64,000 nt of DNA from Paracoccaceae bacterium (GCA_028874915.1 JAPPHA010000116.1:138605-202604), one strand, 5' to 3'; positions 1-9,630 are shown, counted from the first letter of the stretch. Notes: generated by a model not told the origin, from the sequence alone. Made by a program: numbers and translations.

Positions 1-1040
1 TAGTAGCGGGCGGTCGTCAGGCGGATGGCGCCGTTCTCGTTCAGGGGCAGAACCGTCTGGACGGAACCCTTGCCAAAACTCTTGGTTCCAACGATCACCG
101 CGCGGTGATGGTCCTGCAGGGCGCCGGCGACGATTTCCGATGCCGAGGCGGAACCGCGGTTGATCAGCACGACAATCGGCTTGCCGTCAGCCAGGTCTCC
201 GGGCGAGGCATTGTACCTGTGACCATCACCGAGAACCCGCCCCCTGGTCGAGACAATCTCCCCTCTTTCGAGAAAGGCGTCGCTCATCTTGACCGCCTGA
301 TCGAGCAGTCCGCCGGGATTGTTGCGAAGATCGATGATGAACCCTTCGAGTTCGTCGAGTCCGCCGACAGCTTCGACCTGCTTCTCGATGTCTTCGGTGA
401 GATTGTCGAAAGTCTGCTCCGTGAATGACGCCACCCGAATCACTATCGAATCGCCGATGACACGCGACCTGACCGCACGGATCTTGATGATGTCGCGGAC
501 GATCAGGACATCAAAGGGTTTCTCTTCGCCTTCCCGGCTGATCGTGACGGTCACTTCCTTTCCAACCGGACCCCTGAGAGTCTCGACGACTTCATTGAGC
601 GTCTGGCCGAGGGTCGGCGTGCCGTCGACCTGGATGATGAGATCGCCCGCTTCCAGCCCGGCCTTGGCGGCCGGTGTCCCGTCAATGGGAGAGACCACCT
701 TGAGAATGCCGTTTTCCTGGGTCACTTCGATCCCGACCCCACCGAATTCACCCTTGGACTGAATCTGCATCTTCTCGAAGTCTTCGGGTGGCAGGAACCC
801 GGAATGAGGATCGAGCGCCGAAAGCATTCCGTCGATGGCGCTCCGGATCAGTTCAATGTCTTCGACGTCATCGACATAGGTCGAGCGCACGGTCTCGAAG
901 ATGTCGCCGAACAGGTCAAGCTGTTCATAGGTCGTCGCGTCGAATGTCTTGTCCTGGGCCGTGGCAACACCGAGGAACGATACGGAAATCGCTACCCCGG
1001 AGGCTCCTCGGGCAATCGCTGCCAAAACCGGATTCGTCAT
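1..1040 (-). CDS. ctpA: carboxy-terminal processing peptidase, S41A family (partial; 3' end lies beyond window start)
   Basis: Absent from the ORF track because the frame runs off the window. My reverse-strand translation from ATG (comp. 1040-1038) reads MTNPVLAAIARGASGVAISV... It has a PDZ-like middle (GIEVTQENGILKVVSPIDGTPAAKAGLEAGDLI). Near the window edge it reads KPIVVLINRGSASASEIVAGALQDHHRAVIVGTKSFGKGSVQTVLPL, the S41 catalytic-Ser region. Confidence 0.85.
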   Translation of the reverse strand, partial: MTNPVLAAIARGASGVAISVSFLGVATAQDKTFDATTYEQLDLFGDIFETVRSTYVDDVEDIELIRSAIDGMLSALDPHSGFLPPEDFEKMQIQSKGEFGGVGIEVTQENGILKVVSPIDGTPAAKAGLEAGDLIIQVDGTPTLGQTLNEVVETLRGPVGKEVTVTISREGEEKPFDVLIVRDIIKIRAVRSRVIGDSIVIRVASFTEQTFDNLTEDIEKQVEAVGGLDELEGFIIDLRNNPGGLLDQAVKMSDAFLERGEIVSTRGRVLGDGHRYNASPGDLADGKPIVVLINRGSASASEIVAGALQDHHRAVIVGTKSFGKGSVQTVLPLNENGAIRLTTARY

Positions 1041-1206
1041 CCCTTTCCCCCTGTCCTCGACTTGACTGCCGAACATTCGTTACCGAACCCACAACTGCCT
1101 GCCGGTGAGTCAGCGGCGAATCTCGCATGCCTGACGCCGGTTTTCCAGTGGCTATCGGTAACAATGCCTGCAGGTCGTGCGGCTGGATGCGGCCGATTGG
1201 CCGCTC

Positions 1207-2775
1207 TCAGATCAGTAGATTCCGCCCGGTCATGCCGGGCGATGGGTCGACACCTTTCAGGTGAAGCAGCGTCGGCGCCAGATCGGCGAGGCGCCCACCG
1301 GCAGCGAAACATGCATTTCGCGGGCCGTCGACCAGCGCCAGCGGCACGGGGTTCGTGGTATGGGCAGTGTGAGGGTCGCCCGTCTCCGGGTCGATCATCA
1401 TTTCGCAATTGCCGTGATCCGCTGTCAGGAGCAGGCTGCCGCCAACCTGCCGAAGGGCCTTGAGAACTCTCAGGAGGCCCTGGTCCACGGCCTCGCAAGC
1501 GGCGACGGCGGCGTTGAGGTCGCCGGTGTGTCCGACCATGTCGGGATTGGCGTAGTTGACAACGATGACGTCCTGACATCGGCTCTCGAGGGCATCCACG
1601 ACCGCGGTGGTGACGCCGGACGCCGACATCTCCGGGGCCAGATCATAGGTCGCGACCCGCGGGCTCGGGATCAGCACCCGGTCCTCGCCCGGAAAGGGGG
1701 ATTCCTCGCCGCCGTTGAGGAAATAGGTAACATGCGGGTACTTCTCGGTTTCGGCAATGCGGACCTGCCGCAAACCGGCCTCCGAAATCCGGCTCCCGAG
1801 CGTGCCGGTGACCTGCGTCTTCGGGAAGATCCGGTCCATGAAGGCATCATGGGCGTCCGAATAGGGGACAAAGCCGCTCATCACCGCGAGTTGCGGTCGG
1901 CGACCGGTCCCGAAGGCTTCGAACCCGGGAGACCCGATGGCGGAAAGAAGCTGCCGGACCCGGTCAGCACGAAAGTTCACGCAAAGCAGGCCGTCACCGT
2001 TTCGCATTCCGGCGAATTCACCAATCACGGCGGGTGGGATGAACTCATCGGATACGCCCTGGCCATAGGCAGATTCAATGATACCGGCCGCCGATGCGTG
2101 GCGAGTTCCGTCTCCCCGGACAATGGCCTCCCACGCAAGCCGAATCCGATCCCAGCGATGATCCCGGTCCATCGCATAATATCGGCCGGACAGTGTTGCG
2201 ATGGCGATCCGAGCCGCTGCGATGATGGAACCGGATCCTGTCCCGGGTTCCGACCGGGTCCGCGCAATCGCCGCCTCAAGCCGTTGGAGCGAAGCGATTG
2301 CCGACCTGGGCGCCACGTCACGGCCGTCCGTGAAGGCGTGAACGGCGACGGGCAGCCCGGCGTCGGCAAGGACGGTGACTGCCTCGATCATGTGCCCCAG
2401 CCGGGAGTGGACGCCACCCTCCGACAGGAGGCCGAGGACATGGGCAGTGCCGCCGCTGGCCCTCAGTTCCGCAACGAATCGCTGCATTCCCTCAAGACCT
2501 GCGAGATCGCCGGAGGCGCAGACACGATCTATCCGCGGCAGGTCCATCTCGACGGTGCGGCCGGCGCCGATGTTCATGTGGCCGACTTCGGAATTCCCGA
2601 TCTGGCCCTCGGGCAGGCCGACGTCGGTCCCGTGGGCCGCGAGGGTGGTGGTGGGACAGCCGGCCATGATCTGGTCATAGGCGTGTGTTTCGGCCAGGCG
2701 GACGGCGTTTCCGTTGGTCTCTTCGCGAAGCCCCCATCCATCGAGGATACAGAGGACGACCGGGGGTCTGTTCAT
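1207..2775 (-). CDS. gpmI: 2,3-bisphosphoglycerate-independent phosphoglycerate mutase
   Basis: ORF track 1207..2913. Start trimmed to ATG at 2775 (MNRPPVVLCILDGWGLRE...GNSEVGHMNIGAGR...), giving 522 aa. The motifs are typical of cofactor-independent PGM. Confidence 0.93.
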   Translation of the reverse strand: MNRPPVVLCILDGWGLREETNGNAVRLAETHAYDQIMAGCPTTTLAAHGTDVGLPEGQIGNSEVGHMNIGAGRTVEMDLPRIDRVCASGDLAGLEGMQRFVAELRASGGTAHVLGLLSEGGVHSRLGHMIEAVTVLADAGLPVAVHAFTDGRDVAPRSAIASLQRLEAAIARTRSEPGTGSGSIIAAARIAIATLSGRYYAMDRDHRWDRIRLAWEAIVRGDGTRHASAAGIIESAYGQGVSDEFIPPAVIGEFAGMRNGDGLLCVNFRADRVRQLLSAIGSPGFEAFGTGRRPQLAVMSGFVPYSDAHDAFMDRIFPKTQVTGTLGSRISEAGLRQVRIAETEKYPHVTYFLNGGEESPFPGEDRVLIPSPRVATYDLAPEMSASGVTTAVVDALESRCQDVIVVNYANPDMVGHTGDLNAAVAACEAVDQGLLRVLKALRQVGGSLLLTADHGNCEMMIDPETGDPHTAHTTNPVPLALVDGPRNACFAAGGRLADLAPTLLHLKGVDPSPGMTGRNLLI

Positions 2776-2839
2776 GATCCCGGATCGCCGCCCGGTCCGG
2801 CGCCGGCCCGAGCCGGTCGCGTCGGTTTTGCCGCCGCGA

Positions 2840-3322
2840 TCATTGTTCACGTCGGCCGCGGTGATAGGCCGTTCCGGCCAGAATCGACGCCGCCCGATAG
2901 AGCTGTTCGGCAACCATCACTCTGCAGAGCATGTGCGGCCAGACCATCCGCCCGAATGCGATCGTGGCCCGGGCCTCCTTCAGGAGGCTGGAATGCAGGC
3001 CGTCGGCGCCGCCGATGAGGATGGCGACCCGGGAGCAACCGTCCTGTCGCCATTCGTCCAGCATCCGGGCGAATCCGTCCGACGTGAGCATCCGCCCGGT
3101 TTCGTCCAGGGCAATGATCCAGGCGGACTTCGGGATGACTCCCCTTAAGCGCCGGGCCTCGACACTCCGGTTCGGATGGCCGCCGGTTTCCACTTCCACG
3201 ACTTCCGACGGTCCGAGCCCGAGGCCTCGGCCAAGCCGGTCGAAACGTTCCAGATAGTCGCGGATCAAGGTCAGTTCCGGCCCCTGGCGCATACGCCCGA
3301 CGACCGAGAGCCGGACAGGCAT
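2840..3322 (-). CDS. rlmH: 23S rRNA (pseudouridine1915-N3)-methyltransferase RlmH (SPOUT)
   Basis: ORF track 2840..3424. Start trimmed to ATG at 3322 (MPVRLSVVGRMRQGPE...ILIGGADGLH...FGRMVWPHML), giving 160 aa, typical RlmH length and motifs. It sits directly downstream of rsfS, the conserved pairing. Confidence 0.9.
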   Translation of the reverse strand: MPVRLSVVGRMRQGPELTLIRDYLERFDRLGRGLGLGPSEVVEVETGGHPNRSVEARRLRGVIPKSAWIIALDETGRMLTSDGFARMLDEWRQDGCSRVAILIGGADGLHSSLLKEARATIAFGRMVWPHMLCRVMVAEQLYRAASILAGTAYHRGRREQ

Positions 3323-3338
3323 CAAGAGGCAGGATCCT

Positions 3339-3740
3339 TCAGGTCGGGGTCGTCGAGGTTTCGAAAAGCCACATGTCTTCCAGCTGGTAAAACGCCCGGA
3401 CTTCCGGGCGGAAGACGTGAACAATGACGTCTCCGCAGTCCATGAGAACCCAGTCGCTGGCCTGCTTTCCCTCCATGCGGCAGACGAGTCCCGGCCCCTG
3501 CTTCAACCGGGTCGAGAGCTTTTCGCAGATAGCCGACACCTGGCGTGACGACCGGCCCGATGCCACCACCATGTAGTCGGCCATTTCCGACTTGCCTCGC
3601 AGGTCGATAGAAATGACGTCGTCGGCCTTGTCGTCGTGTAGGGATGTGAGAACGAAATCGAGCAATTCCTCGCTCGGCAGGGAACTTGCGGCAAGATCAT
3701 CAGCCGCATCAACACGTCTGTTCAGAACGCTGTCCTCCAT
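3339..3740 (-). CDS. rsfS: ribosome silencing factor RsfS (iojap-like)
   Basis: ORF track 3339..3923. Start trimmed to ATG at 3740 (MEDSVLNRR...). The core DDKADDVISIDLRGKSEMADYMVVASGRSSRQVSAI...WVLMDCGDVIVHVFRPEVRAFYQLEDMW is the classic RsfS signature. Confidence 0.9.
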   Translation of the reverse strand: MEDSVLNRRVDAADDLAASSLPSEELLDFVLTSLHDDKADDVISIDLRGKSEMADYMVVASGRSSRQVSAICEKLSTRLKQGPGLVCRMEGKQASDWVLMDCGDVIVHVFRPEVRAFYQLEDMWLFETSTTPT

Positions 3741-3829
3741 GCATCGACCGGGACGGCACCCAATGTCCGTCACCGGCGACCTGACCCTACCAAATGCCGG
3801 AGTCACTGCCAATACCGTGACGAACGTGG

Positions 3830-4720
3830 GTGCCGTCGCAGCCCGGTCCGGAATCAGGGCAGGGCGATCATACCTCTCGGGTGCCAGTCCGGACGCAGCA
3901 CGAATTTCGATTTCAGCGCCCAACTGGTGGCTTCAGGCGAGCGCCGGCGCTACAGGCCTCGACCGTGTCGATTCCCGAAATCCGGGTGAAGCTCGCGGGC
4001 GTCGCCTTCGGCGTCGCTCCCCACCCCTTCGCGACCCGGATGCTGGAATGATTCTCCACCTGCCTATACCATTCCCGGAACCGGCCCGCCTTCTGGAGGA
4101 TCCGGGCACATCCCATCAATCGTCGTGGAAACGACGCCCCATGTGCGGTGTCCACGTGGCCGTTGCGGCATCTCGAACCGGTCCCGACGCCCCCCTGGAC
4201 GGCCGGTTCCTTGGGCTTTCACCTCTCGCCGACGCCGGGAATCTCACCCTGATTTTCGCGCCGCACGATCGCCTGGTCGGCGGCGTGCGAAGGCGAGGCA
4301 CAAGGATTGGAAACGTCACTTCCAGAAGCGGATTGATCGGCTCGCCGTCTGCATCCGCAACCGGTCGACGACCCGCACCCGCGTGTGGCCTGCGATCTCG
4401 TCCAGGCCTTTGACGTGATTGTCCCGCCGTCCTCCAAGACGAAGGAAATGAGCTTGAAGTCCGACCGCAAGATCAGGACGAAGACCGTGTACTCGATGCT
4501 GGGTCCGGCGCGCTTCCGGTTCAGGCGGAAGTCGGCGTGGATGTGCCCGAAATTTGGCAAGCGGCTCGTCATCGAGAATGAGGCCTGCACGAGCAGAACA
4601 CGCGCCTGGGACGGCTTTGTCGATCAGCACGTTGGCGGCGCGAATGCAGTCACGGACGGCACGGTCTTCGTCGACCGGGACATGAACGGTGCAAGGGGCA
4701 TCATGCTGCGCGCGCTCAAC
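3830..4720 (+). pseudogene. decayed TnpB/OrfB-like gene (IS607/Fanzor-like DRDxNGAR type), frame-disrupted and missing catalytic and zinc ligands
   Basis: TnpB-like segments are spread over three + frames. Frame 2 (3830-4051) ends in TGA. Frame 1 (about 4141-4260) has CGVHVAVAAS where a GxDxG-type RuvC-I motif is expected. Frame 3 (4263-4360) reads RRRAKARHKDWKRHFQKRIDRLAVCIRN. Frame 2 (from 4337) reads VDDPHPRVACDLVQAFDVIVPPSSKTKEMSLKSDRKIRTKTVYSML..RFRFRR...GKRLVIENEACTSRTRAWDGFVDQHVGGANAVTDGTVFVDRDMNGARGIMLRAL. GC3 is high (about 85%) in the last segment. Boundaries are approximate. Confidence 0.55.
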
Positions 4721-5105
4721 GGCAAATTGTGCCGTTTACCGAGGTTTCTGTCCGCCGATAGAGTGATGACAGTTGGGTACCGCCGATCTATGATGGTGCG
4801 CAGGATCGCCGCGTTGTTTCCCTTTGCGCGGTACACCGGATCGCATGGAACCATGAACGGCATTTTCAATTTGGCCGTCCCGACATGCTCGGGAGCCGGA
4901 GAACTGTGCCGTCGGGCTGCGAGCGAAGTACGCCCCATCAGCACTGGCGTTCCTTTCGGTACCTCCTTCATCCTTGGGCGGTCCGAAACGACTCGCGCGG
5001 GCATTCGGACAAGGACATTGGCACCGCGTGAAGCCCGCTGCGGGCAGGAGTCGGCGTGAGGCTCCCGACGGTTCGCATCCGTCGCGCCGGACCGGTGGAT
5101 TCCAC

Positions 5106-6158
5106 GTGAATCCCCAGGGACTACCGACGAATACCCAGGAGATCCGCGCGGTCATCTCGCGTATCCCGCGGGTTGAACTCGCCTGCCTACCGACGCCGCT
5201 TCAGGAAGCGAGACGCCTGTCGGAGATTCTGGGAGGGCCGCGCATCTTCGTCAAACGGGACGATTTGACCGGGGTGGCACTGGGGGGCAACAAGACCCGG
5301 AACCTCGAGTTTCGCCTTGCCGCCGCAAAGGCGTCGGGGGCCGACCTGATCGTGATGGAGCTGGACCAGCAGTCCAATTCTGCCCGGTTGACCACGGGCT
5401 GCTGCAATCGCCTCGGCATGGATACGGTCCTGATCCTGGAAGGCTCGGAGCCGGACGTGGTTCAGGGGAACCTGCTCTTGGATCATCTTCTCGGAGCCGA
5501 GGTACGCTTCGCCTCGTCGCGTTCGGAGCAGTTGCGGATGAGCCGGGAAGCGGTGGCGGAGGCTTGGGCCGCCGGCCGGACTCCTTGCCTGCTGAACGAC
5601 ATTCCGATGTTCGACGAGGGATCGGCGATTGCGTATCTGGAGAGTGCCTGTGAAGTCGTCGAGTCACTCGAGGTGCAAGGCCTTGCGCCGGATTGCCTGT
5701 ACATGTCGTCGTCCGGCAAGGGACAGGCCGGTCATGTCCTCGCGCAGAAGTTGCTGGGCGGCTTCCGGGTACGCGGTATTACGGCGACTGACGAGTTCGA
5801 CATCCCGCCGCGCGGCGCGGCGATCGCAAATCGCGCGGCTCGAACGCTCGGCCTCGACATCACAGTGGCGCCCGAGGATTTCGTCAACGACGCCGACTAT
5901 GTCGGTGCCGCGTACGGAATCCCCAGCGAAGCCGGTAACGAAGCGGTACGCCTATTCGCGAGAACGGAAGGAATCGTGCTCGACCCCATTTACACCGGCA
6001 AGGCTGCGGCCGGAATGATTGGTCATGTCCGCCGCGGCGACTTCAAGAGCGGGGAGATCGTAGTTTTCGTCCACTCCGGTGGGACGCCCGCAATTTTCAC
6101 GCACAATCATTTATGGCTCGACAACAAGGCCAAACCACAAGGAGGAGAAAAACCATGA
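5106..6158 (+). CDS. PLP-dependent enzyme, ACC deaminase / D-cysteine desulfhydrase family
   Basis: ORF track 4974..6158. Probable GTG start at 5106 (VNPQGLPTNTQEIRAVISRIPRVELACLPTPLQ...). It carries the PLP-lysine motif KRDDLTGVALGGNKTRNLEF and C-terminal LDPIYTGKAAAGM. Its stop overlaps the next start (ATGA at 6155-6158). Confidence 0.85.
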   Translation: MNPQGLPTNTQEIRAVISRIPRVELACLPTPLQEARRLSEILGGPRIFVKRDDLTGVALGGNKTRNLEFRLAAAKASGADLIVMELDQQSNSARLTTGCCNRLGMDTVLILEGSEPDVVQGNLLLDHLLGAEVRFASSRSEQLRMSREAVAEAWAAGRTPCLLNDIPMFDEGSAIAYLESACEVVESLEVQGLAPDCLYMSSSGKGQAGHVLAQKLLGGFRVRGITATDEFDIPPRGAAIANRAARTLGLDITVAPEDFVNDADYVGAAYGIPSEAGNEAVRLFARTEGIVLDPIYTGKAAAGMIGHVRRGDFKSGEIVVFVHSGGTPAIFTHNHLWLDNKAKPQGGEKP

Positions 6159-7759
6159 AATCCAACCATAACCGGGCCCGTCGCCTCATGCTCGCAGGCG
6201 TAGCGGGCGCTCTCGTGGCGTCGACGGCGGCTTTGGCCGGACCGGACGACAACACGCTGGTCTACGGCCAGAGCCTGTCGATTACAGACATCGGCCCGGC
6301 GTACAACGCATTCCTGCAGTACCCCTCGGGCTACGAGGCCGGCTTCGTGCTCTTTGACCGGCTCGTCACGTTCGATGACCAGCTCCAGTTCAATCCCCAG
6401 CTTGCAGAGAGCTGGGCTATCGCCGACGACCAGAAATCGGTGACGTTCAAGCTTCGCGCCGGGGCTACGTTTCACGACGGGACTCCGATCAATGCAGAGG
6501 CGATCAAGTTCAATGTCGAACGGATGATGGATCCGGAGATCAACACGACAAACCGCCCGCTGTGGGATCCAATCGCCGGTGCGGACGTCGTCGACGATCT
6601 CACCGTGCAGTTGCGCACCCACGAGCCTTACGCGCTCCTGCTCAATACGCTCGCACATGGCTCCGGCGCCATTCTCAGCCCGACGGCAATCATGGAGAAC
6701 GGGCAGGAAAGCGAGACCCAGAGTCCTGTCGGCTCCGGGCCCTACAAGGTCGAGTCGTTCAATCCCGGGCTTGAGCTCGTGCTGGCGGCTCACGACGGCT
6801 ACTGGGCCGGGAAGCCTCCGCTCGACCGGATCATCTTCCGCTACGTCCCCGAGGCGGCGACGCGGGTCTCGGCGCTGCAAAGCGGAGAGGTCGATGTGAT
6901 CGATGGTGTTCCGACGCACCTGATCGCGCAGGTCGAATCCGATGACGGACTACAGGTCCTTACATCTCCGTCGCTTCGTCCGATGGGGCTGGCGATGCAG
7001 ACCACTATCGCACCGCTCGACAATGTCGACGTGCGGCGGGCGCTGAACCACGCAATTCCGGTGGGCGCCATCGCGGAGAAGCTGTTCCTCGGCCAGGCGA
7101 AGGCGTCGAATTCGCCGATTGCGTTCAACACGGTCGGGCACCACGGAAACGCGCCCTACGCCTACGACCCCGACAGGGCGCGCGAAATGCTCGCCGCCGC
7201 GGGACTGACGGACAGCGACGGCAACGGTCTCGTCGAGCACGACGGCGAAGACCTGTCCTTCACTCTCCTGGTTCCGGACGGCGTGTTTGCCAACGACGTG
7301 CTGATCGCGGAGACGGCTGCCGCGGCATTGCAGGAAGTCGGTGTCGGCGTGGAGATCCGCAAGATCGAGAGGAGTTCCTTCTGGGATACTCTGCGTCTCC
7401 CGGTTGCAGAAGCGGGATGGCAGATCGCGATGTTCGGTTTCAACCCGTCCAACGCATCGGGGCTGTACCATCTGGATTCGATGTACACCTCCAATCCCGA
7501 CAACGCCGGTCGTCCGGCAGTCTGGAACATCACGCGCTACGCCAATGAGAAGGTGGATACCTTGCTGAACCAGGCGAGGGTGACCGTCGACGGAGATGCG
7601 AGGGCCGCCATCCTCGCCGAGGCGCAGGACATCATCTGGAACGAGGCGCCGTACATCTGGCTGCAGGTCAACAATATCATCTCGGCGGCGCGGTCAGATC
7701 TCATGGGCGTCGAGGTCTGGCCGGTGATCTTTACGATCGTCCGAGGAGGCCATTACTAG
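6155..7759 (+). CDS. ABC transporter substrate-binding protein, family 5 (DppA/OppA-like peptide/nickel type)
   Basis: ORF track 6113..7759. ATG at 6155 is preceded by GGAGGA (6141-6146). It has a signal peptide MKSNHNRARRLMLAGVAGALVASTAALA, 534 aa in total, with SBP_bac_5-like sequence throughout. Confidence 0.9.
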   Translation: MKSNHNRARRLMLAGVAGALVASTAALAGPDDNTLVYGQSLSITDIGPAYNAFLQYPSGYEAGFVLFDRLVTFDDQLQFNPQLAESWAIADDQKSVTFKLRAGATFHDGTPINAEAIKFNVERMMDPEINTTNRPLWDPIAGADVVDDLTVQLRTHEPYALLLNTLAHGSGAILSPTAIMENGQESETQSPVGSGPYKVESFNPGLELVLAAHDGYWAGKPPLDRIIFRYVPEAATRVSALQSGEVDVIDGVPTHLIAQVESDDGLQVLTSPSLRPMGLAMQTTIAPLDNVDVRRALNHAIPVGAIAEKLFLGQAKASNSPIAFNTVGHHGNAPYAYDPDRAREMLAAAGLTDSDGNGLVEHDGEDLSFTLLVPDGVFANDVLIAETAAAALQEVGVGVEIRKIERSSFWDTLRLPVAEAGWQIAMFGFNPSNASGLYHLDSMYTSNPDNAGRPAVWNITRYANEKVDTLLNQARVTVDGDARAAILAEAQDIIWNEAPYIWLQVNNIISAARSDLMGVEVWPVIFTIVRGGHY

Positions 7760-7798
7760 CGACGTGGTTCAACGTCCGGTTATCGCGGGGGCGCGGCT

Positions 7799-8746
7799 GT
7801 GCCCACTCTTGCGGGCACGAGCCCGATACTCCGGTTCCTGGGGCTTCGGGTTCTCCGCGCACTCGCGATCGCCTTCGCCGTCGCAACAATAATCTTCTTC
7901 CTCTTCAGCCTGGTCCCGGGGGACCAGGCTGCCTACCTGGCCGGTCCGGGGTCAACGCAGGCGGAAATCGACAAGCTGCGCGAATCGCTTGGCCTGAACG
8001 ATCCTCTGCTCGTTCAATATTTTCGCCACGTGACGGGCCTGTTGCGGGGTGATTTCGGGACGTCGGAAGTTTTCAAGTCGGACCCGCTTCCGTTCATACT
8101 CGAGCGCATTCCGGCAACCCTGGCCCTGACCGCCGCCGCAATCGGTCTGACCATCCTGATCGGTATTCCGGCCGGCCTGATCTCGGCCATGTTTCACACG
8201 CGGGTTCCGGATCTGGCGATTTCCGTTTCGGTCGTCGCGCTCTTGGCAGTTCCGAATTTCTGGCTCGGTCTCCTGCTGCTCTCCTTTTTCTCCGTGCAAC
8301 TCGGATGGCTTCCGAGCTTCGGCTTCTCGGAGCCTGCAGCGCTGATCCTGCCTTCCCTCGCGCTCGCAGCTCGGCTGATCGCACTGGTGGCCCGGATGAC
8401 ACGCGGCGTCACCATCGACGAACTCGGCAAGGACTATGTGCGCACCGCCCGATCCAAGGGGCTCTCCAGGACGGCCATCCTTCTCAAGCATGTGCTGCGC
8501 AACGTGATGATTCCAACTCTGACCGTGATCGGCCTGCAGACCGGGTACCTCCTCGGCGGCTCCGTCGTCATCGAGCGGTTATTCGCCTGGCCTGGTATAG
8601 GCGATCTGATGATCAACGCGATCGGGCAGCGGGACTACGCGGTTGCCCAGGCCGTGACGATTCTGTTCGTTATCGCGTTTCTCGTCATCAATCTGGTCGT
8701 CGAACTCCTCTACGTGCTGATCAACCCGCGCATGAGGGCTGCGTGA
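7799..8746 (+). CDS. ABC transporter permease (DppB/OppB-like)
   Basis: ORF track 7799..8746. It is a multi-TM protein with the N-terminal pattern ILRFLGLRVLRALAIAF and the EAA-loop region YVRTARSKGLSRTAILLKHVLRNVMIP. Confidence 0.9.
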   Translation: MPTLAGTSPILRFLGLRVLRALAIAFAVATIIFFLFSLVPGDQAAYLAGPGSTQAEIDKLRESLGLNDPLLVQYFRHVTGLLRGDFGTSEVFKSDPLPFILERIPATLALTAAAIGLTILIGIPAGLISAMFHTRVPDLAISVSVVALLAVPNFWLGLLLLSFFSVQLGWLPSFGFSEPAALILPSLALAARLIALVARMTRGVTIDELGKDYVRTARSKGLSRTAILLKHVLRNVMIPTLTVIGLQTGYLLGGSVVIERLFAWPGIGDLMINAIGQRDYAVAQAVTILFVIAFLVINLVVELLYVLINPRMRAA

Positions 8747-9615
8747 TCACGCCCGTGCCGGCAGTGGCCTCGGGGGTGCGGCGCGGCGCATTCGTGGCCC
8801 GGTGGCTGCGCCAGAACGTGTATCTGGTCGCAGGGGCGTTCATCCTCCTCTCCTTCCTGTTCGCCGCGCTCTTTGGCGAGCAGATCGCACCGTACGGGGC
8901 GGATCGGCAGAATCTGCTGAAAGCTCTCGAGGGGCCCAGTTCCGCCCACTGGCTGGGGACCGACCCGCTCGGCCGCGACCTCCTGAGCCGGGTTGTCATC
9001 GGCACCCGGCACACGCTCTCGGTCGCCCTGATTTCCGTAGGGCTATCCTGCTTCCTCGGCGTTCTGCTCGGGTTGATTTCGGGATTCATGCACGGTCCGC
9101 TCGCGACGGTGGTTGACGCGGTGGTCGACGTGGCGCTGACCATCCCCAACATGATCCTTGCCATCTCGATCGCGGCCGTCATGGGCGCCGGGCTGACCGG
9201 ACTGATCATGGCGATCAGCATCTCGTTTACTCCGCCCATCGCGCGGATCGTGCGTGGTCGAGTGATGGAGATCCGGGAAGAGGACTTCATTGCGGCAGCC
9301 CGCACGATCGGCGTCCGGTCCTGGCGGATCCTGTTGCGACACGTTCTGCCGAACGCGTCAACGGTTATCGTGATCGAGGCGAGCTTGCAGGCCGGCCAGG
9401 CCGTGCTGACGGCAACCGCGCTGGGATTCCTGGGACTTGGTGTCCAGCCGCCGACGCCTGAATGGGGGACGCTGCTTGGTTCGGGGCGGGAGTACCTGCA
9501 CGTGGCACCGTTCATGGTGGTCGCACCCGGACTTGCGATTTCGCTTATGGTGCTGGGCTTCAACCTTCTGGGCGACGGGCTCCGCGACTGGCTCGATCCC
9601 CGGGTCGGCAACTGA
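8743..9615 (+). CDS. ABC transporter permease (DppC/OppC-like)
   Basis: This is the real part of ORF track 8305..9615. Probable GTG at 8743 overlaps the upstream stop (GTGA). It contains HWLGTDPLGRDLLSRVV and FIAAARTIGVRSWRILLRHVLPN, typical DppC motifs. Confidence 0.88.
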   Translation: MITPVPAVASGVRRGAFVARWLRQNVYLVAGAFILLSFLFAALFGEQIAPYGADRQNLLKALEGPSSAHWLGTDPLGRDLLSRVVIGTRHTLSVALISVGLSCFLGVLLGLISGFMHGPLATVVDAVVDVALTIPNMILAISIAAVMGAGLTGLIMAISISFTPPIARIVRGRVMEIREEDFIAAARTIGVRSWRILLRHVLPNASTVIVIEASLQAGQAVLTATALGFLGLGVQPPTPEWGTLLGSGREYLHVAPFMVVAPGLAISLMVLGFNLLGDGLRDWLDPRVGN

Positions 9616-9630
9616 AGGAAATTCGAAAAC

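Noticed and set aside
1261-3018. Very long ORFs antisense to or overlapping real genes, for example 1261..3018 (+), 21959..23866 (-), 46314..47468 (-), 50493..52073 (+), 56816..58453 (-), 47592..48683 (-) and 40060..40869 (-).
   Set aside because: These are shadow ORFs typical of high-GC DNA. Their translations are Arg/Pro/Gly-rich and motif-free, while the opposite-strand or alternative-frame product is an unmistakable conserved protein (GpmI, DnaK/DnaJ, ABC permeases, IlvD/Edd and others).
3741-4400. nadD was expected upstream of rsfS, because the nadD-rsfS-rlmH arrangement is common.
   Set aside because: No minus-strand frame shows the GGxFDPxHxGH nucleotidyltransferase motif or NadD-like sequence. 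The codon-biased frames here are explained better by the plus-strand TnpB-like relic.
4337-5059. The nuclease-dead TnpB-like ORF might be a functional TldR-type RNA-guided repressor of the adjacent opp/dpp-type operon.
   Set aside because: I do not claim this. The N-terminal two-thirds of the gene is scattered over three frames with a stop codon, so only a C-terminal fragment is open, and I cannot identify a conserved guide-RNA scaffold by eye. It is kept only as a hypothesis to test under the relic finding.
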